Positions 46,860 through 57,815 are shown, numbered from the stretch's first letter. The stretch: 58,885 nt of DNA from an uncultured Butyricicoccus sp. (GCA_964513445.1 CAZEMM010000002.1:1-58885); one strand, 5' to 3'. A program made the numbers and translations. The notes: generated by a model from the sequence alone, not told the origin.

Positions 46860-48440
46860 TCAATTTTGCTCACTGTGGCGATAGTCCTTGGGTTTCAGGC
46901 CGGTTACCTTTTTGAAGATGCGTGAGAAATATACCGGGTCAGAAATGCCTATGCGTTCCGCAACCTCATAGCTTTTCAGATCTGTCGTGCGCAGAAGAAC
47001 CTTTGCCGCTTCAATGCGTACATTTTGCAAATAAGTGCTCAGATTTACACCTGTCTCGCGCTTGAAAATTCGGCTGAGATAGCTTGGGCTGAGATAGAAG
47101 TGCTGTGCAAGCAGCTCGAGCGACAGTGAGTCTTCGTAATGGGTATCCACATAATTCCGAATCGAATGGATTAACGTATCAGGATTCGTACCGCTGCTTT
47201 GCGACAGCTCCAGCATTTGGCTGACAAAGGTACGGGTGCATTCTTCCATTTCGGCAAACGAAGAGGTTTCCAGAATATGCTTGAGCGTACTTACATTACC
47301 CTTCGCCATCCGATGCTCTGCCGTCTGCGGGAACTGTAAATCCATGCTGAACTGATGGATATATACGCAGACGTTGCGCATGGTATCCAGCGGTACCTTG
47401 TGCGCACACAAAAAGGAAAAAATATCATCCAGCCTGCGGCTGACTTCTGCATCGTTGCGGCTGTCGATCGCAGACTTGATTGCACAGAGCTGATCGTATA
47501 TTTCGTCTGTAAGCTGAGTAGAAAAGGTGTGCAGCTCAGAAAAATGCAACACGGGCTGATCTGGAGAAAAAGAAGCAAACTGTGCAGCCTGAGAGGCTTC
47601 ATCTGCAGCATCGGCGAGCACAATGGGATTCTCCCGACAGTTGCTGATACCGATGAAAAACGTAAACTGCGGAAGCGTTCCCACGATATTGACCGCGTCA
47701 TGACACAGCGCCGTGATCGGAGCTTCCCCGGTTGCACAGACCACGCCATAGCATTCCTGCATGCCGCGCGTGATTAAATAAAGTGGGTAATCGGACAGAC
47801 AATCAGCAAGAATTTCCCAGGATCGCGTTAGCGCGTCGGAACACTCCTGTTCGCTCAGCGTTTCGCCCTCCAGCGGGGCGATATGCAATTTGAGCACAAA
47901 ATAGCTGCTCAGATCCAGATTCAGCTGTGCCAGCCGATTGAATATATAGAGCTGCGAGCAGGCAGTACGGTGAAGCAGATCCTGCAACAGCATACTGCGT
48001 TGCAGACGAACATTTTTCTCAGATGTCGTCGCCAGCTCCTGCTGCAGGCTCTGGTTGCTGCGGTCCTTGAAAATAGCGGCCTTCGCTTTTTCGATCGCGT
48101 GGGTCAGGCTTTCCACCGTAGTGGGCTTGAGTACAAAGTCGATCACATGATACTGGATGGCGCGTTGTGCATAAGAAAAATCCGGATAACCAGTCAGGAT
48201 GATAACCTGTGTTTTTGAATATCGTTCGGAGATGACCCGTGCGAGTTCCAGTCCGTCCATATCCGACATACGGATATCGCTGATGACAATATTGGGGCGG
48301 GCGGTTTGCATCTGCTCAAGCGCGGTTACTCCATCTTCCGCCTGTGCAACGATCTGGCAGCCGAGATCTTCCCAGTGAATGCAGTGAATCAGACCCTTGC
48401 GGATGGCGGCCTCATTGTCTACAATCATTACACGGAGCAT
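46860..48440 (-). CDS. YesN-like response regulator (receiver plus AraC HTH)
   Basis: Receiver (SDIRM, LTGY, LKP); C-terminal YLSRIFKRETG and DPVYFSRIFKK. Confidence 0.93.
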   Translation of the reverse strand: MLRVMIVDNEAAIRKGLIHCIHWEDLGCQIVAQAEDGVTALEQMQTARPNIVISDIRMSDMDGLELARVISERYSKTQVIILTGYPDFSYAQRAIQYHVIDFVLKPTTVESLTHAIEKAKAAIFKDRSNQSLQQELATTSEKNVRLQRSMLLQDLLHRTACSQLYIFNRLAQLNLDLSSYFVLKLHIAPLEGETLSEQECSDALTRSWEILADCLSDYPLYLITRGMQECYGVVCATGEAPITALCHDAVNIVGTLPQFTFFIGISNCRENPIVLADAADEASQAAQFASFSPDQPVLHFSELHTFSTQLTDEIYDQLCAIKSAIDSRNDAEVSRRLDDIFSFLCAHKVPLDTMRNVCVYIHQFSMDLQFPQTAEHRMAKGNVSTLKHILETSSFAEMEECTRTFVSQMLELSQSSGTNPDTLIHSIRNYVDTHYEDSLSLELLAQHFYLSPSYLSRIFKRETGVNLSTYLQNVRIEAAKVLLRTTDLKSYEVAERIGISDPVYFSRIFKKVTGLKPKDYRHSEQN

Positions 48441-50185
48441 GTTGGATTTCCTCCTTCCTTAGAGCGATCCGTCATCTGAATGGGTAACGTGAGCACAATA
48501 CTGGTACCTTTTCCGAGTTCCGATTGGATGGACATGCCGTATGGTTCGCCGTACAGAAGCTGGATGCGGCGTTCAATATTGCGCAATGCAACATGCGCAT
48601 GACGCCGGTTGTCAATATCCTGCACCGGTTTATCCAGTATGGCAGGATCAAAACCCACACCATCGTCCTTCACGCGGATATAAATCGCATCCTCCTCTTC
48701 CCAGATACTGATACGTACCCAGCCGCCCTGCCGTTTTGGTTCCAGCCCATGGACAATACAGTTTTCGACCAGCGGTTGAATCGTCAGCTTAGGCAGAAAA
48801 TAGTCCAAAATAGACGTGTCCTCCACATCAATCGTATATTGCAGCTTTTCTTCAAAGCGTTCCTTTTGAAGTGCCAGATAATACCTGGTATATTCCAGCT
48901 CTTCGCGCAGCGTGATACTCTGTTTGCCGCGATGGACAACATTTGCGCGCAGAAGCCGTGCCAGATTCTGTACGGTTGTACAGATTGCGGGCTGCCCGGC
49001 TGTCATACAGCGCATATTGATCAGCTCGAGTACGTTAAATATAAAATGCGGCTGAATCTGTGATTCGAGCTGATCGATTTCGGCATCGCGCAGCAGCAGT
49101 CCCTTTTGATAAACCTCATTAAACAGTGTGTCCAGGCGATTGGCCATATCGTTGAACGCATGCGTGAGGATTTCCGTTTCCCGATAAGGCGTTTCCTCCA
49201 TGCGTACCGAAAAATCGCCGGATGCAAGCAGGCCGATGGAGTGAAGCATTTGCCGGAGCGGGCGTATGAGAAGAATCACCAGCGTAAGCAAAATCACTAG
49301 GGTTATAATCAGGATCACCGCAGTGACAAAAATATAGATTTGCGTACTCTGTCGAATGCTGGTCAGGATCTCGTCGCGCGGAATATAAATATCAATGCGC
49401 TCACGGTACGGGGAAAGCTGCCGCCATGTGTGGTACCACGACATTTCGTCGATCTCAACTTCCGAATCATTGCACACGACAGGCAGCAGATCAGGCATCT
49501 GAACGCCGGAGAAGCCAATCTGCTGTTCTCCGTCCGCGGAGCTGAACTGTATCATCGCTGACGGATAAAGTGATTGCAGCGAGGTAATATCCAGCAGTGT
49601 GTTCATATCCAGCTCAATGATGATTTTGCCAAGTGCATCTATATCTTTATCTTGCAGGTCGACGAAATCAATGATCATGTAAGCATAGCCCGGAATATCC
49701 GGATCGGCATATAATTCGCGCGCTGAGTTGCGAGCGCCGGCTTGCTGATAAATGGTCAGGATACGCTGGGACGTATTGATATAGTAATTCCCTCCGTAAA
49801 TGGGGAAATAATCCTGCTCATTTTTGATCAAATAAATCGAACCGACTGTATTCAGGTTAATCGAATTGCTGAGCGTAAACGCGCGGCTGAAGCTCTGTGC
49901 CAGCTGAGAGCGATCTATTTGTGATGACTGCGTGTTGCTGCGCATGTAAGTGCAGACATTATCGTCTGTGATCAGATAAAAGATACAGTCGCGCAGTGTA
50001 TCAAGCACGTCGTTCATCTGTTCTGTGAGACTATCAAGATGTACGAGCACTGTCTCGCTGGCATTGTGCTCCAGCTGACGGGATACGCTTTTGGTAAAAT
50101 AGGCGCCTGCACTGACAACCGGCAGGAATACCAGTAGACAGATCATCAAAATGATCAGTGCGACGAGGGAGATTTTGCGTTTCAT
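48428..50185 (-). CDS. YesM-like sensor histidine kinase
   Basis: Two TMs, HAMP, QIQPHFIFN H-box, QPLVENCIVHG, DDGVG. Confidence 0.93.
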   Translation of the reverse strand: MKRKISLVALIILMICLLVFLPVVSAGAYFTKSVSRQLEHNASETVLVHLDSLTEQMNDVLDTLRDCIFYLITDDNVCTYMRSNTQSSQIDRSQLAQSFSRAFTLSNSINLNTVGSIYLIKNEQDYFPIYGGNYYINTSQRILTIYQQAGARNSARELYADPDIPGYAYMIIDFVDLQDKDIDALGKIIIELDMNTLLDITSLQSLYPSAMIQFSSADGEQQIGFSGVQMPDLLPVVCNDSEVEIDEMSWYHTWRQLSPYRERIDIYIPRDEILTSIRQSTQIYIFVTAVILIITLVILLTLVILLIRPLRQMLHSIGLLASGDFSVRMEETPYRETEILTHAFNDMANRLDTLFNEVYQKGLLLRDAEIDQLESQIQPHFIFNVLELINMRCMTAGQPAICTTVQNLARLLRANVVHRGKQSITLREELEYTRYYLALQKERFEEKLQYTIDVEDTSILDYFLPKLTIQPLVENCIVHGLEPKRQGGWVRISIWEEEDAIYIRVKDDGVGFDPAILDKPVQDIDNRRHAHVALRNIERRIQLLYGEPYGMSIQSELGKGTSIVLTLPIQMTDRSKEGGNPTCSV

Positions 50186-50286
50186 ATGGCGCCCCCTTTT
50201 TAGACAGGATATCTCATCGACATTGTATCATATTCTGATGGATTTGTGCACCGCCGGAAAGTGTTCAATTAAAAAAGGGAAAAATA

Positions 50287-50414
50287 AATCCTGCATTTCG
50301 ACAAAAAAATCCTATCTTTACGAAATCGGCAATCTTTTACACGGCAAAAACACAACAGAATCCTATCTTTGGTACGGTTTATTCATTGTCTAAAAGCGGT
50401 GTATTTCTTATAAT
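50287..50414 (+). promoter_or_regulatory. ABC operon promoter with upstream direct repeats (candidate response regulator sites)
   Basis: AATCCTATCTTT at 50308 and 50359, AATCCT at 50287; TTGTCT, 17 bp, TATAAT (50386-50414). Confidence 0.55.
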
Positions 50415-50475
50415 AAAGGCATCAACAAAGCACGGTGCGTCACCGTGACACTATGATATGTTAGGAGGCTACAAC

Positions 50476-51786
50476 ATGAAAATGAAACGTTTGCTGGCCA
50501 TTATAATGGCAGGCATCATGCTGACCGGCGCACTGACTGGTTGTGGCGCAAAGGACGAAACCGCCGAGAGCGGAGATTCCGATGTGATTACAATCAATTA
50601 CCCGACCTTTCAGTGCGGTACAAACACCTCCGCTCCGGTATGTGATCAGCTTATTGCGGAGTTTAACGAACAGTACAAGGGTAAGTATGAAATTGTGAAA
50701 GAGGATGTCCCGGGAGACCAGAACTACATCGACAAAATCAAGGTCCAGCTGGGAACAGGCGATCTTCCTCCTGTAATCTACGGCGGCGGCTATAACCTGC
50801 TTGATCTGGTCATTGCCAAGGATCTCGCAGTCGATTTGACCGACGCAGTTGAGGCTGATCCGGAATGGAAGGCCTTGTATTCTGAAACTGCAATTTCTAC
50901 AAACAGCCGTGACGGGAAAATCTATGCCTCTTCTTCGGAGGGTCAGGTAATTGGATACTTCTACAACAAGGAGCTATTTACCAAGGCAGGCATTTCCGAG
51001 CCGGCAAAGACCTGGGATGAATTTTTCGAGCAGTGCGAAAAGCTGAAGGCCGCAGGCATCACTCCGCTCTCCATGGATACAGCGGATTCGGCTTGGGTCA
51101 CGCAGCTCTGGATGGGCGCAATGGTTGGGTCCGCTTCCGACGCAGGCCTGGAGCTCATGCAGACCATGAATCCGACCGATTATAATACCCCTGAAATGAT
51201 CGCCGCTGCGGAAAACATCCAGAAGCTCTTTCAGAACTATACGACGGAGGATGCGAATGGCGGCAAGTACGAAAATGCAGCCAATAACTTCCTTTCTGAG
51301 CAGACAGCGATGCTTGCAAACGGACCGTGGATGATTGGCGATTTCTCCGACACGTCTATGACTACAGAAGGCTTTGCCGATAAGGTTGGAGTGGCTCTAT
51401 TCCCGGAAAATTTTGTTTACGATGCGCCGATTCAAGGCTATATCGTTACCAAGCAGGATGATCCAGAAGTCGAAGCGGCTGCAATCGAAATGGTAAAATT
51501 CTTTACCTCCGCGCATGCACAGCAGGTTGCAATGGAGCTTCAGGGCATGGTTCCTGCCTCAAATACCGTCGAACTCACTGATACCGCGAAGGAAACCTAT
51601 CCGCTGCTCGCAGAATTCCTCGATCTGGCCGCCGAACAGGGCGTAGGCCGCACGGACACCATGCAGGCAACTATGTTCCCGAATCTGTTGGATGTCATGA
51701 GCCAGCAGCTTCCGCTGCTCGCAAGCGGCGAATTGGATGCCGCAGGCTTCTGCCAGAAACTGACCGACGCAGCAGCCAAGAACTGA
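50476..51786 (+). CDS. Carbohydrate ABC transporter substrate-binding lipoprotein
   Basis: Lipobox LTGC; FYNKELF, TWDEF, NGPW motifs; AGGAGG RBS. Confidence 0.93.
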   Translation: MKMKRLLAIIMAGIMLTGALTGCGAKDETAESGDSDVITINYPTFQCGTNTSAPVCDQLIAEFNEQYKGKYEIVKEDVPGDQNYIDKIKVQLGTGDLPPVIYGGGYNLLDLVIAKDLAVDLTDAVEADPEWKALYSETAISTNSRDGKIYASSSEGQVIGYFYNKELFTKAGISEPAKTWDEFFEQCEKLKAAGITPLSMDTADSAWVTQLWMGAMVGSASDAGLELMQTMNPTDYNTPEMIAAAENIQKLFQNYTTEDANGGKYENAANNFLSEQTAMLANGPWMIGDFSDTSMTTEGFADKVGVALFPENFVYDAPIQGYIVTKQDDPEVEAAAIEMVKFFTSAHAQQVAMELQGMVPASNTVELTDTAKETYPLLAEFLDLAAEQGVGRTDTMQATMFPNLLDVMSQQLPLLASGELDAAGFCQKLTDAAAKN

Positions 51787-51812
51787 TAACCTCTCTTTCC
51801 CCATATACCTAC

Positions 51813-51850
51813 TGATCGGAGAGGCCTAGAGCCATGCTCTGGGCCTCTTT
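51813..51850 (+). other. Stem-loop after the SBP gene (mRNA stabiliser or partial terminator)
   Basis: GAGAGGCCTAGAGC-CAT-GCTCTGGGCCTCTTT. Confidence 0.55.
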
Positions 51851-51899
51851 CGTATATTTTACGGCCAGACATCTGGCCGCAGGAAAGGAATTCTGCATT

Positions 51900-52772
51900 A
51901 TGAAACGAAAAAAAGGGTGGATTCCCGTCTTTCTGCTTCCCGCGGTCGTGTTATTTCTGTTAATTTATGCTGTGCCGCTTGTGATCGTATTTGCCTCCTC
52001 GCTGTTTGATTACCGACTGTCCGGAGATGGCTTAACATTTATCGGATTCCAGAACTACATCGATCTGTTCCATGATCCGTCGTTTACGCAATCATGCATA
52101 CACACGATTATCTGGATTTTGCTGCACTGCATTCTGCATGTTTCGCTGGGCGTACTGCTTGCGCTGATACTGTACAAGCGGCCGCGCGGCTGGAAGTTTG
52201 TACGAACCGCGTACATGATTCCCAATATCATCTCAAACGCCGCGATGGGCATGATTTTTCTCAATATTTTTAATCCACAGTACGGCGTTCTCAACTCAGT
52301 GCTCAAGGCAATCGGCCTTGAACATCTGACACATAACTGGCTGATGGACACGGCAACTGCTTTTCCATCGGTCACCGTGATTTGGACACTGTTTGCAGGA
52401 TATACCACTACGCTCGTGCTTGCTGAGGCATTAACGATTGACGACTCTGTTTTGGAGGCGGCCCGGGTAGACGGCGCGACATCGTTTCAAACGGATCTGT
52501 TCGTGGTTCTTCCGCTGCTCCGGAAAATTATCGGAACCACCATGGTTATGGCGGCCACGTATATGCTGCAAATGTTTGACCTCATTTACATTACCACCAA
52601 GGGTGGCCCAGGCACTGCGACGATGAACCTGCCGCTCATGCTGTACAGCGTGTACAAGACGGAAAACAACTATGGTTATTCCAATGCCATCGGCGTATGT
52701 ATCGTCGTTGCGGGTGTTGTATGTATGACTGTCATTAATAAGCTTATGAAAGTCAACGAGGAAGATTATTAA
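51900..52772 (+). CDS. Carbohydrate ABC transporter permease
   Basis: FIGFQNY, EAARVDGA loop, FDLIYITTKGGPG. Confidence 0.93.
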   Translation: MKRKKGWIPVFLLPAVVLFLLIYAVPLVIVFASSLFDYRLSGDGLTFIGFQNYIDLFHDPSFTQSCIHTIIWILLHCILHVSLGVLLALILYKRPRGWKFVRTAYMIPNIISNAAMGMIFLNIFNPQYGVLNSVLKAIGLEHLTHNWLMDTATAFPSVTVIWTLFAGYTTTLVLAEALTIDDSVLEAARVDGATSFQTDLFVVLPLLRKIIGTTMVMAATYMLQMFDLIYITTKGGPGTATMNLPLMLYSVYKTENNYGYSNAIGVCIVVAGVVCMTVINKLMKVNEEDY

Positions 52773-52784
52773 GGAGGGCTATCG

Positions 52785-53636
52785 ATGCAATCGACGTTTC
52801 GTAATATGGCCATAAAAGATCGTCTGCTGTTTATTCTGAAATATCTGTATATGGCGCTGTGTGTCGTTGTAGCGTTGTTCCCGATCCTGTGGGTGGTGCT
52901 ATCTTCATTCAAATCCAACGCGGAGATCTTGTCCAACGGGATTTCTCTGCCCACGCACTTCTCCTTCGACGGATATACCGCTGCGCTCGACATGGCCCCG
53001 ATCTTTAAGTTTTTTGGCAACAGTGTGCTGGTCACCTGCGCGGCGACGGTGTTCAATGTATTGATTTTCGCGATGGCGGGATATGTATTTGCGCGGTGCC
53101 ATTTCTTCGGGGATAAGCTGCTCTATCTGATACTTTCCCTGTCGCTTGTTATCCCGATGACCGCGCTGCTGCAGCCCGTATACAGCGTGATCAATAATTT
53201 GGGGCTTTATGACACCAAAGCAGGATTGATTCTGGTAAACACAGCGCTCAATATGCCGATGAGTCTGCTTATTCTGCGCGGCTCGTTCCAGTCCATCCCG
53301 AAAGCGATTGAGGAAGCCGCATATATCGACGGCGCTGGATTTGTGCGAACCTTTTTCCAAATCATGCTGCCCTGCGCCAAGGGAGGCTTGACTTCGGCGG
53401 CGGTGCTGTGTTTTCTCAACACATGGAATGAATTTACCTTTTCGCTCCTGCTGACCAGCGGCGTAGATGCACGCACGCTTCCGCTCTCGCTGAGTTATTT
53501 CACCTCCCAGTTCAGCTTTAACTATACCGCTCTATTTGCGGCAGTCACAATTGCGGTTATTCCATCCATTATCGTGTTTGCTATTTTCCAGGAGCAGGTT
53601 GTCTCCAGCCTGACCGCTGGTTCCGTCAAAGAATAA
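52785..53636 (+). CDS. Carbohydrate ABC transporter permease
   Basis: EEAAYIDGA loop, WNEF, RTLP. Confidence 0.93.
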   Translation: MQSTFRNMAIKDRLLFILKYLYMALCVVVALFPILWVVLSSFKSNAEILSNGISLPTHFSFDGYTAALDMAPIFKFFGNSVLVTCAATVFNVLIFAMAGYVFARCHFFGDKLLYLILSLSLVIPMTALLQPVYSVINNLGLYDTKAGLILVNTALNMPMSLLILRGSFQSIPKAIEEAAYIDGAGFVRTFFQIMLPCAKGGLTSAAVLCFLNTWNEFTFSLLLTSGVDARTLPLSLSYFTSQFSFNYTALFAAVTIAVIPSIIVFAIFQEQVVSSLTAGSVKE

Positions 53637-53655
53637 AAAAGGGGGCACAAATCAC

Positions 53656-54759
53656 ATGGCTAGTATTTCTCTGAAGCATATCCAAAAGGTATATCCAGGA
53701 GGTATTGAGGTCATCTCCGATCTCAGTCTTGAAATCCAAGACAAAGAATTCGTCGTGCTGGTCGGACCTTCGGGCTGCGGCAAATCCACCACGCTGCGCA
53801 TGATCGCAGGACTGGAGGAGATTTCGGGCGGCGAAATGTATATCGGGGATCGCCTGGTCAACGACGTTGCGCCTAAAGAACGCGACATTGCGATGGTATT
53901 CCAAAACTATGCACTCTATCCGCATATGACCGTCTATAAGAACATGGCATTTGCGCTCAAGCTGCGCAAAACACCGCGCGAGGAGATCGACAAAAAGGTG
54001 CACGAGGCTGCCAAAATCCTCGACATTGAACATCTGCTCAACCGCAAGCCCAAGCAGCTTTCCGGCGGACAGCGACAGCGCGTTGCGCTTGGCCGAGCCA
54101 TGGTGCGCGATCCCGCCGTGTTTCTGCTTGACGAGCCGCTTTCCAATCTGGATGCCAAGCTGCGCGCCCAGATGCGTACCGAAATCATTAAGCTCCACAA
54201 AAGGCTGGACACCACCTTTGTTTACGTCACGCACGACCAGACGGAAGCCATGACTATGGGCGACCGCATTGTTGTCATGCGGGAGGGCGAGATTCAACAG
54301 GCAGATACGCCGCAGACGCTGTACGATCATCCGTGTAATCTGTTTGTAGCCGGCTTTATAGGCTCTCCGCAGATGAACTTTGTGGATGCAGCCGTGAGAA
54401 AAACCGCGGGCGGCTATGCTGTCGATTTGGCCGGGAACATCATTCCGGTACCGGGAAAAGCGGAGGCTCTCGCGCCGTATGTCGGCAAACAGATCGTCCT
54501 TGGCATTCGTCCGGAAGACCTGCATACCGAAGGCGCGCTGTTTGAGCAATACCAGCAAAGCGTGATCGACCTGCACGTGGATATCGCTGAGCTGATGGGT
54601 GCGGAAATTTATGCCCATTGTGAATTCGGCGGCATACCGTTGACCGTACGCGCTCCAAGCCGTCTGGCCATTTCTTCAGGCGACTGCATCCGTGCGGCGC
54701 TTGACCTGAGCAAGCTGCACATATTCGATAAGGAAACGGAAAAGGTCATCGAAATTTGA
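53656..54759 (+). CDS. Carbohydrate ABC transporter ATPase (MalK/MsmX type)
   Basis: GPSGCGKS, VFQNYALYPHM, LSGGQRQR, DEPLSNLD, GIRPED. Confidence 0.95.
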   Translation: MASISLKHIQKVYPGGIEVISDLSLEIQDKEFVVLVGPSGCGKSTTLRMIAGLEEISGGEMYIGDRLVNDVAPKERDIAMVFQNYALYPHMTVYKNMAFALKLRKTPREEIDKKVHEAAKILDIEHLLNRKPKQLSGGQRQRVALGRAMVRDPAVFLLDEPLSNLDAKLRAQMRTEIIKLHKRLDTTFVYVTHDQTEAMTMGDRIVVMREGEIQQADTPQTLYDHPCNLFVAGFIGSPQMNFVDAAVRKTAGGYAVDLAGNIIPVPGKAEALAPYVGKQIVLGIRPEDLHTEGALFEQYQQSVIDLHVDIAELMGAEIYAHCEFGGIPLTVRAPSRLAISSGDCIRAALDLSKLHIFDKETEKVIEI

Positions 54760-54773
54760 TCGGAGGGGTTATC

Positions 54774-55445
54774 ATGTTTCGTCCGTCCTATCTCAGGGAA
54801 GGGCAGGGAATTGAAAAGGATACACCGCCCAAGCATGGCATATCATTCGTTGCGGAAACCTTGATCCGTGAATTTTGGCAGATTGTCAAGATGAATGCGC
54901 TGTTTGTGTTGACTGCGTTGCCGATTTTCACCTTTGGAGCCGCGCGTGCAGCAATGGCGCGCTGCTCTGTAAATATGGTGCGCGATGTCCCCAATGATGT
55001 TTGGACAGACTTCTTCCGTGCAATTCGGCAGGATTTTGCCCGCAACGCGGCGATTGGATTTGTCGAGCTGGCGCTGACAGGGTTTTCTCTCGTGCTGCTG
55101 TATACAAGCGCCGCATCGGATCGCTTTGGAACAGCTGTGCTTGCTATGCTGCTGCTTTGTGTAACAGAGGCATTCTTTCAGAACCTGTGGCCTTTGCTGG
55201 CTGCGATTGATCTGCCCTTTTCTCACACGGCAAAAAACGCATGCCTTCTGTGCCTGCTGCGTCCGGTGCAGACCATCGCTGCCGTTGTGCTGAACGCAGT
55301 CCTGCTACTCCCATGCCTGATGCTGCTTCCGTTATCCATCCCTGTCTGTTTGCTGCTGCCATTTGGCCTGAGCAGCTTTTTCTCCAGCGCACTGTGCTGG
55401 TCTGGCTGCAAGCGGTATATTATTTTACCTGAAGCTGTCAATTAG
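54774..55445 (+). CDS. YesL/DUF624-like membrane protein
   Basis: NALF...PIFTFGAA...DFFRAIRQDF pattern; typical companion of sugar ABC clusters. Confidence 0.7.
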   Translation: MFRPSYLREGQGIEKDTPPKHGISFVAETLIREFWQIVKMNALFVLTALPIFTFGAARAAMARCSVNMVRDVPNDVWTDFFRAIRQDFARNAAIGFVELALTGFSLVLLYTSAASDRFGTAVLAMLLLCVTEAFFQNLWPLLAAIDLPFSHTAKNACLLCLLRPVQTIAAVVLNAVLLLPCLMLLPLSIPVCLLLPFGLSSFFSSALCWSGCKRYIILPEAVN

Positions 55446-55516
55446 ATGAATCACGCCTTGCTGGCTGCAAGGGGTTTTAACCGTAAATTTTTTGTTGTAG
55501 TAGGAGGTATTTTCTC

Positions 55517-56884
55517 ATGAGACTGACTGTCATCGGCGGCGGTGGCGTGCGTTCCATGTTCCTCGCCAAGAGCATCGCGCAGCGCGCACAAGAGCTTTGC
55601 ATTGATGAGCTGATCTTTATGGATAACAATCCGGAAAAGCTGCGCATTTACGGCGGGTTGGCGCGTCATGTGGCGCAAACGCTGTGTCCGGCTATGCGAT
55701 TTGTTCTGACTTCTGATGCGGTCGCGGCAGTCACCGTTGCCGATTATGTAATCACAACGATCCGTGTTGGCGGCGATGCCATGCGCGTGCGCGACGAACG
55801 AATCGCTCTTTCGCATGGCGTGCTCGGACAGGAGACGACAGGGGCGGCGGGCGTTTCGTTTGCGATGCGTTCGGTTCCTGCGCTCGCCGCATACTGCGAA
55901 CTGATCCGCAAATATGCCAAGCCAGATGTCAAGGTGTTCAACTTCACCAATCCGGCGGGTGTGGTTTCACAGGCGCTGCGTGATATGGGGTATGATTTTA
56001 CCTATGGTATCTGTGATGCGCCCAGCGGTATGCTGCATCAATTCGCCGACCTGTATGGCGTCGATGCGTCTCGCATCTATGGCGACTGCTATGGTCTGAA
56101 TCATCTGTCCTACTTTCAAAGCATCCGGATCGACGGACGGGAGATCATGCAGGAGCTGATTGAGAACGATGAAGCGTACGAAAAGACCGATATGCGCTTT
56201 TTTGAAAAGGAGCTTCTGCGCGACCGCGGCTGCGTGCTCAACGAGTATCTGTATTATTTCTATTATCGGGAAAAGGCGGTTGAGAACATCCTGAACGCCG
56301 GCGTGACGCGCGGAGAGACCATCTGCGAGATCAACCGTCAGATGACCGAGGAGCTTCGACACATTGATATTGAATCGGACTTTGAAGCCGGACTCAAATG
56401 CTTTGAAAAATGGTATGGAAAGCGCGAAAACGCCTATATGGCCAATGAAACCGGCATCCGCCGCGACAAGCCGTGGTCATTTGACATCTATGCAAAGGAC
56501 GCGGGCGGCTATGCGGGCGTTGCGCTGAAATTTATGGAAATCGCGGCCTCCGGCGGAACGGGGACGATGATCCTGTGCACGCCCAATCAAGGCGCGATCG
56601 CGGACTTGCGCGATGACGATATCATTGAGGCCACCTGTGATATCTCCTGTGACGGCGTGACGCCGCACCACTTTGAAAGCATTCCCGCCGGCAATCTGGA
56701 AATGATTCGCCGTGTGAAGTATTATGAACGTCTTGCGGCGCGCGGCATTGTCAACCGTTCCAAAAGAGATATTGTCGAGTGCCTGACCATGCACCCGCTG
56801 GTTGGCTCATATTCGCTTGCGACCCAGATTGCAGAGGAATATTTTACATTGAACGCCCCCTATATAGGGGACTGGAGGGATTAA
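55517..56884 (+). CDS. Family 4 glycoside hydrolase (NAD+/Mn2+-dependent)
   Basis: IGGGG Rossmann start, GQETTG, NFTNP, GICD, GLNH, HPLV. Confidence 0.92.
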   Translation: MRLTVIGGGGVRSMFLAKSIAQRAQELCIDELIFMDNNPEKLRIYGGLARHVAQTLCPAMRFVLTSDAVAAVTVADYVITTIRVGGDAMRVRDERIALSHGVLGQETTGAAGVSFAMRSVPALAAYCELIRKYAKPDVKVFNFTNPAGVVSQALRDMGYDFTYGICDAPSGMLHQFADLYGVDASRIYGDCYGLNHLSYFQSIRIDGREIMQELIENDEAYEKTDMRFFEKELLRDRGCVLNEYLYYFYYREKAVENILNAGVTRGETICEINRQMTEELRHIDIESDFEAGLKCFEKWYGKRENAYMANETGIRRDKPWSFDIYAKDAGGYAGVALKFMEIAASGGTGTMILCTPNQGAIADLRDDDIIEATCDISCDGVTPHHFESIPAGNLEMIRRVKYYERLAARGIVNRSKRDIVECLTMHPLVGSYSLATQIAEEYFTLNAPYIGDWRD

Positions 56885-56886
56885 AT

Positions 56887-57801
56887 ATGTCGTTTATCGC
56901 ATCTGTCGGTGTGACAAACGTTGATTTGATGTATGTATCTATGCCGCGCGTCCCGGTCGAGGGCGAGGAGATTTTTGCCAAGGATTTCCGCATTCAGCTG
57001 GGCGGCGGCGCGCCGGGTACGCTGGTGAACGCCGCGCGGCTCGGACTGCCCGTCCGTTTGGCGACCTATCTGGGAGACGACCTGTTTTCCAATTTTGCAC
57101 GCGGTGAATTTGAACGAAACGGCGTTATCCCGCGCAATTTGTCCGACGGAAAAGCGGGCTTTCCGCTCAACATTACCAGCGTCATGCTTACCTCGGCAGA
57201 ACGGACATTTGCCACCTATTGTGCGCCGACGAAAATAACCGATTCGCTGCTGGAGTCGGTTTACCAGATGTCATCCGGCGCACGTATTGTGCAGATGCAG
57301 GAGGGATTTCTTCCGGTATATGAAAAGCTGCACAGCGAGGGCACAACCCTGCTGTTCGATATCGGCTGGGAGGATGAGATGAGCCTGGAAAAATACGGCG
57401 ATTACCTGCGCCTGGCCGATTATTTCACGCCGAACACGCGAGAGGCGCTGCAAATCACAGGCGCGGGCACCCCTGCCGAAGCGCTTCATGTGTTGGCGGA
57501 CTATATTGAAAAGCCGTTGGTCAAGCTGGATAAGGACGGCTGTCTCGTGCTGGAGGACGGCGTCCTGCATACCGTACCGGCGATTCCGGGGTTTACCTTT
57601 CGTGACGCCACAGGCGCGGGCGACGCCTTTCTCGCGGGACTGATGTATGGCCTGTATCATGGCTATTCCTTCCGAAAATGCGTCCTGTTTGGCAACATCA
57701 CGGGCGGAAAATGCGTCACCGGTATCGGCTGCCTGACCAAATGGGCGGATGAAGCTGAATTGCTCGCATTGGCTCGAAAATATCAGGAATGGACTGAATA
57801 A
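56887..57801 (+). CDS. PfkB/ribokinase-family carbohydrate kinase
   Basis: GGG...AARLG...LGDDLF, PNTREA, DATGAGDAF; GGAGG RBS before ATG 56887. Confidence 0.92.
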   Translation: MSFIASVGVTNVDLMYVSMPRVPVEGEEIFAKDFRIQLGGGAPGTLVNAARLGLPVRLATYLGDDLFSNFARGEFERNGVIPRNLSDGKAGFPLNITSVMLTSAERTFATYCAPTKITDSLLESVYQMSSGARIVQMQEGFLPVYEKLHSEGTTLLFDIGWEDEMSLEKYGDYLRLADYFTPNTREALQITGAGTPAEALHVLADYIEKPLVKLDKDGCLVLEDGVLHTVPAIPGFTFRDATGAGDAFLAGLMYGLYHGYSFRKCVLFGNITGGKCVTGIGCLTKWADEAELLALARKYQEWTE

Positions 57802-57815
57802 ATTGGAGGAATCGT

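Noticed and set aside
48410-48440. Receiver domain acidic pocket reads DNE rather than DDE
   Set aside because: Phosphoacceptor Asp, Thr and Lys are intact; a single change is not enough to call a pseudo-receiver.
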